Positions 29,624-32,000 of a stretch of 32,000 nt of DNA are shown one piece after another. Location: contig NZ_CP097762.1 of NCBI RefSeq assembly GCF_023585745.1, positions 90,001 through 122,000 of the forward strand, given 5' to 3'. Source of the stretch: Candidatus Saccharimonadota bacterium (GTDB lineage Bacteria > Pseudomonadota > Gammaproteobacteria > Enterobacterales > Enterobacteriaceae). A model generated the notes under the pieces. The model had not been told where the DNA came from. It searched no databases and was given only the letters and a program-made list of their open reading frames with translations. The translations under genes and the position numbers were made by a program. Position 1 is the stretch's first letter; each line of letters opens with the position of its first letter.

Positions 29624-30772
29624 ATGAGACCAGCATTATTAGTACTAGAAGATGGTACCCAGTTTTGTGGATATTCAATTGGTGCAGACGGAGATACAGT
29701 AGGAGAAATAATATTTAACACATCTATGACGGGTTATCAAGAAATTATTACCGATCCTTCATATGCTTTGCAAATAGTGGTATTGACATTTCCTAATATT
29801 GGAAATGTTGGGATTAATGAATATGATGCTGAATCTTCCTCTATTCAAGTAAAAGGCCTTATTATTCGTAATTTAACTATTACTGTTAGTAATTTTCGCC
29901 ATCAGTTAACTCTTTCTGAGTATTTAATTCAACATAATATTGTTGGAATTGCTGGAATCGATACTCGCGCGTTAACTCGATTAATACGAAAAAAAGGTAC
30001 TCAAGCTGGGTGTATTATTGCGCGTGATGTACTAGATGTTAAATTAACAGTATTAAATAAATTTCACGAATTTTCTAATACGCAGAAACAAAATTTTGTT
30101 AACTCAACAGTAAGTGCTTCCAAAAAATATATTTGGAATCAAGGTATTTGGAATATGAATTCAGGTAAATTTATTACCCCAATAAATTTACCGTATCATG
30201 TTGTAGTATATGATTTTGGTATTAAAAGAAATATTATGCGTATGTTAGTAAATTATGGTTGTTTATTAACTGTGGTACCTTCTAATACTACAGCATATGA
30301 AATAATTGATTTAAAACCTGATGGTATTTTTTTATCTAATGGACCCGGTAATCCAAATTTATATAAATATGCAATTAATGCTATTAGATTATTCTTAGAT
30401 ACAACTAATATCCCATTATTTGGAATTTGTTTAGGACATCAGTTATTAGCATTAGCTAATGGCGCAAAAGTAATAAAAATGAAATTTGGTCATCATGGTT
30501 CTAACCATCCAGTTAAGGAACTAAAAACTAATAAGATTATAATCACTGCTCAAAATCATAATTTTGTTATAGATAAAAATGCTCTACCCGATACATTACA
30601 AATAACACATATTTCATTATTTGACGGAACACTACAAGGTATGCATCATGTTAATAAACCCGCATTTAGTTTTCAAGGGCATCCAGAAGCTAGCCCAGGC
30701 CCGCATGATGCTGCATCATCATTATTTGGTCATTTTATTGAGTTAATTAAAAATTATCGTAATCAACAATAA
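29624..30772 (+). CDS. carA: Carbamoyl-phosphate synthase small (glutaminase) subunit.
   Basis: [44 protein letters not shown] matches E. coli CarA. The catalytic triad context is present (GICLGHQ and [11 protein letters not shown]). It is 382 aa, the same as E. coli. Confidence 0.97.
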   Translation: MRPALLVLEDGTQFCGYSIGADGDTVGEIIFNTSMTGYQEIITDPSYALQIVVLTFPNIGNVGINEYDAESSSIQVKGLIIRNLTITVSNFRHQLTLSEYLIQHNIVGIAGIDTRALTRLIRKKGTQAGCIIARDVLDVKLTVLNKFHEFSNTQKQNFVNSTVSASKKYIWNQGIWNMNSGKFITPINLPYHVVVYDFGIKRNIMRMLVNYGCLLTVVPSNTTAYEIIDLKPDGIFLSNGPGNPNLYKYAINAIRLFLDTTNIPLFGICLGHQLLALANGAKVIKMKFGHHGSNHPVKELKTNKIIITAQNHNFVIDKNALPDTLQITHISLFDGTLQGMHHVNKPAFSFQGHPEASPGPHDAASSLFGHFIELIKNYRNQQ

Positions 30773-30790
30773 GTATAAAGGAGTTACGAT

Positions 30791-32000
30791 GTGCCAAAAA
30801 GAACTGATATAAATCGTATCCTATTATTAGGATCTGGTCCAATTGTTATAGGGCAAGCGTGCGAGTTTGATTATTCTGGAGTGCAAGCTTGTAAAGCATT
30901 ACGTGAAGAAGGATATTACATTATTTTAGTTAATTCCAATCCTGCTACAATCATGACAGATCCAGATTTAGCTGATGTTACTTATATTGAAGCTATTACT
31001 TGGAGAATAATATCTAAAATAATAGAAAAAGAACGTCCCGATGCATTATTATGTACTATGGGTGGACAAACTGCTTTAAATTGCGCTTTAGATCTAGATC
31101 GTTATGGTATTTTAAAAAAATTTAATGTTATTACAATCGGTGCAACTATAGATGCTATTTATAAAGCAGAAGATCGTCAAAAATTTCGAGTATCTATGGA
31201 AAATATTGGATTAGAAATAGCGCGTTCTGATATTGCAGACAACATGGATAAGGCTATGTTAATATTAAAAAATATTGGTCTTCCTTGTATTATTCGTCCT
31301 TCTTTTACTTTAGGTGGAACCGGAGGAGGTATAGCTTCCACTACAGAAGAGTTCAAAATGTTATGTAAGAACGGATTTAATTTATCGCCAAACCATGAAC
31401 TTTTAATTGATGAATCCTTAATTGGTTGGAAAGAATATGAAATGGAAGTAATACGTGATATTAAAGATAATTGTATCATTATATGTTCTATAGAAAATAT
31501 AGATCCTATGGGTATTCATACCGGTGATTCCATTACTGTAGCGCCAGCTCAAACCTTAACTGATAAGGAATATCAAATTATGAGAAACGCTGCAATAATG
31601 GTTTTACGCGAAATTGGAATTGCAACTGGGGGAGCAAATGTACAATTCGCTGTACATCCAAAAAATGGAAAATTGATTGTTGTTGAAATGAATCCTAGAG
31701 TTTCAAGGTCATCGGCTTTAGCTTCAAAAGCTACCGGGTTTCCTATAGCAAAGATAGCAGCAAAGTTAGCTATAGGTTATACTTTGGATGAATTATCAAA
31801 TGATATTACTAATGGACGCATTCCCGCTTCTTTTGAACCATCTATTGATTATGTAGTCACTAAAATTCCGAGATTTAATTTTGAAAAGTTTCCTGGTTCA
31901 TATAATAGGTTAACAACTCAAATGAAATCTGTAGGTGAAGTTATGGCCATTGGTCGTAGTCTACAGGAATCTTTACAAAAAGCAATACGTGGATTAGAAA
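30791..32000 (+). CDS. carB: Carbamoyl-phosphate synthase large subunit, 3'-truncated by the window edge, with a GTG start.
   Basis: This ORF is not in the ORF track because it has no stop inside the window. GTG at 30791 is preceded by AAGGAG at 30778-30783. The translation (M)[41 protein letters not shown]...[15 protein letters not shown]...[28 protein letters not shown] matches E. coli CarB. The frame is open to nt 31999. Confidence 0.96.
   Translation, partial: MPKRTDINRILLLGSGPIVIGQACEFDYSGVQACKALREEGYYIILVNSNPATIMTDPDLADVTYIEAITWRIISKIIEKERPDALLCTMGGQTALNCALDLDRYGILKKFNVITIGATIDAIYKAEDRQKFRVSMENIGLEIARSDIADNMDKAMLILKNIGLPCIIRPSFTLGGTGGGIASTTEEFKMLCKNGFNLSPNHELLIDESLIGWKEYEMEVIRDIKDNCIIICSIENIDPMGIHTGDSITVAPAQTLTDKEYQIMRNAAIMVLREIGIATGGANVQFAVHPKNGKLIVVEMNPRVSRSSALASKATGFPIAKIAAKLAIGYTLDELSNDITNGRIPASFEPSIDYVVTKIPRFNFEKFPGSYNRLTTQMKSVGEVMAIGRSLQESLQKAIRGLE

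Noticed and set aside
1-32000. I searched for CRISPR arrays, IS or transposase genes, integrases, phage genes, toxin-antitoxin or restriction-modification genes, and any unexplained multi-gene cluster that could represent a novel system.
   Set aside because: None was found. Every ORF of about 90 aa or more on the coding strand is assignable to a conserved housekeeping or biosynthetic family in E. coli-like order. The spacers contain no regularly spaced repeats.

Overview
This window is strongly AT-rich (G+C judged by eye at well under one third, not computed) and gene-dense. Every gene except rpsT is on the + strand. It reads like core chromosome of a reduced-genome, Enterobacterales-derived obligate insect endosymbiont. 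Blochmannia- or Buchnera-like is my guess only.

Two E. coli-type syntenic blocks are fused:
- Block 1: glmM(partial)-secG-tRNA-Leu(GAG)-tRNA-fMet-[decayed rimP]-nusA-infB-rbfA-truB-rpsO-pnp-[nlpI lost]-deaD.
- Block 2: holD, thrABC, dnaKJ, rpsT(-), ribF-ileS-lspA-[fkpB lost]-ispH-[rihC lost]-dapB-carA-carB(partial).

All large ORFs are recognisable housekeeping or biosynthetic genes covering translation, RNA turnover, chaperones, Thr/Lys/Arg-pyrimidine precursors and isoprenoids. They are close to E. coli lengths under the standard bacterial code. All listed antisense ORFs are shadow ORFs.

I found no CRISPR array, IS or transposase, phage, toxin-antitoxin, restriction or other defence-like gene, and no unexplained multi-gene cluster. 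I therefore do NOT see a novel system here.

The points worth a second look are signatures of reductive evolution and a few structured non-coding elements:
- a multi-stop rimP remnant;
- a truB that has lost its PUA domain and its canonical start;
- an N-terminally shortened IF2;
- an A16 slippage-prone tract in rbfA and an A10 tract in rpsO;
- a highly diverged holD;
- a sigma-32-type promoter preserved as a GC island before dnaK;
- a perfect 18-bp inverted repeat in the nlpI deletion scar;
- an orphan bidirectional terminator in a 700-bp spacer;
- perfect palindromes at the fkpB scar and before carA.

All homology statements come from by-eye comparison with E. coli sequences recalled from memory. 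No search was run.
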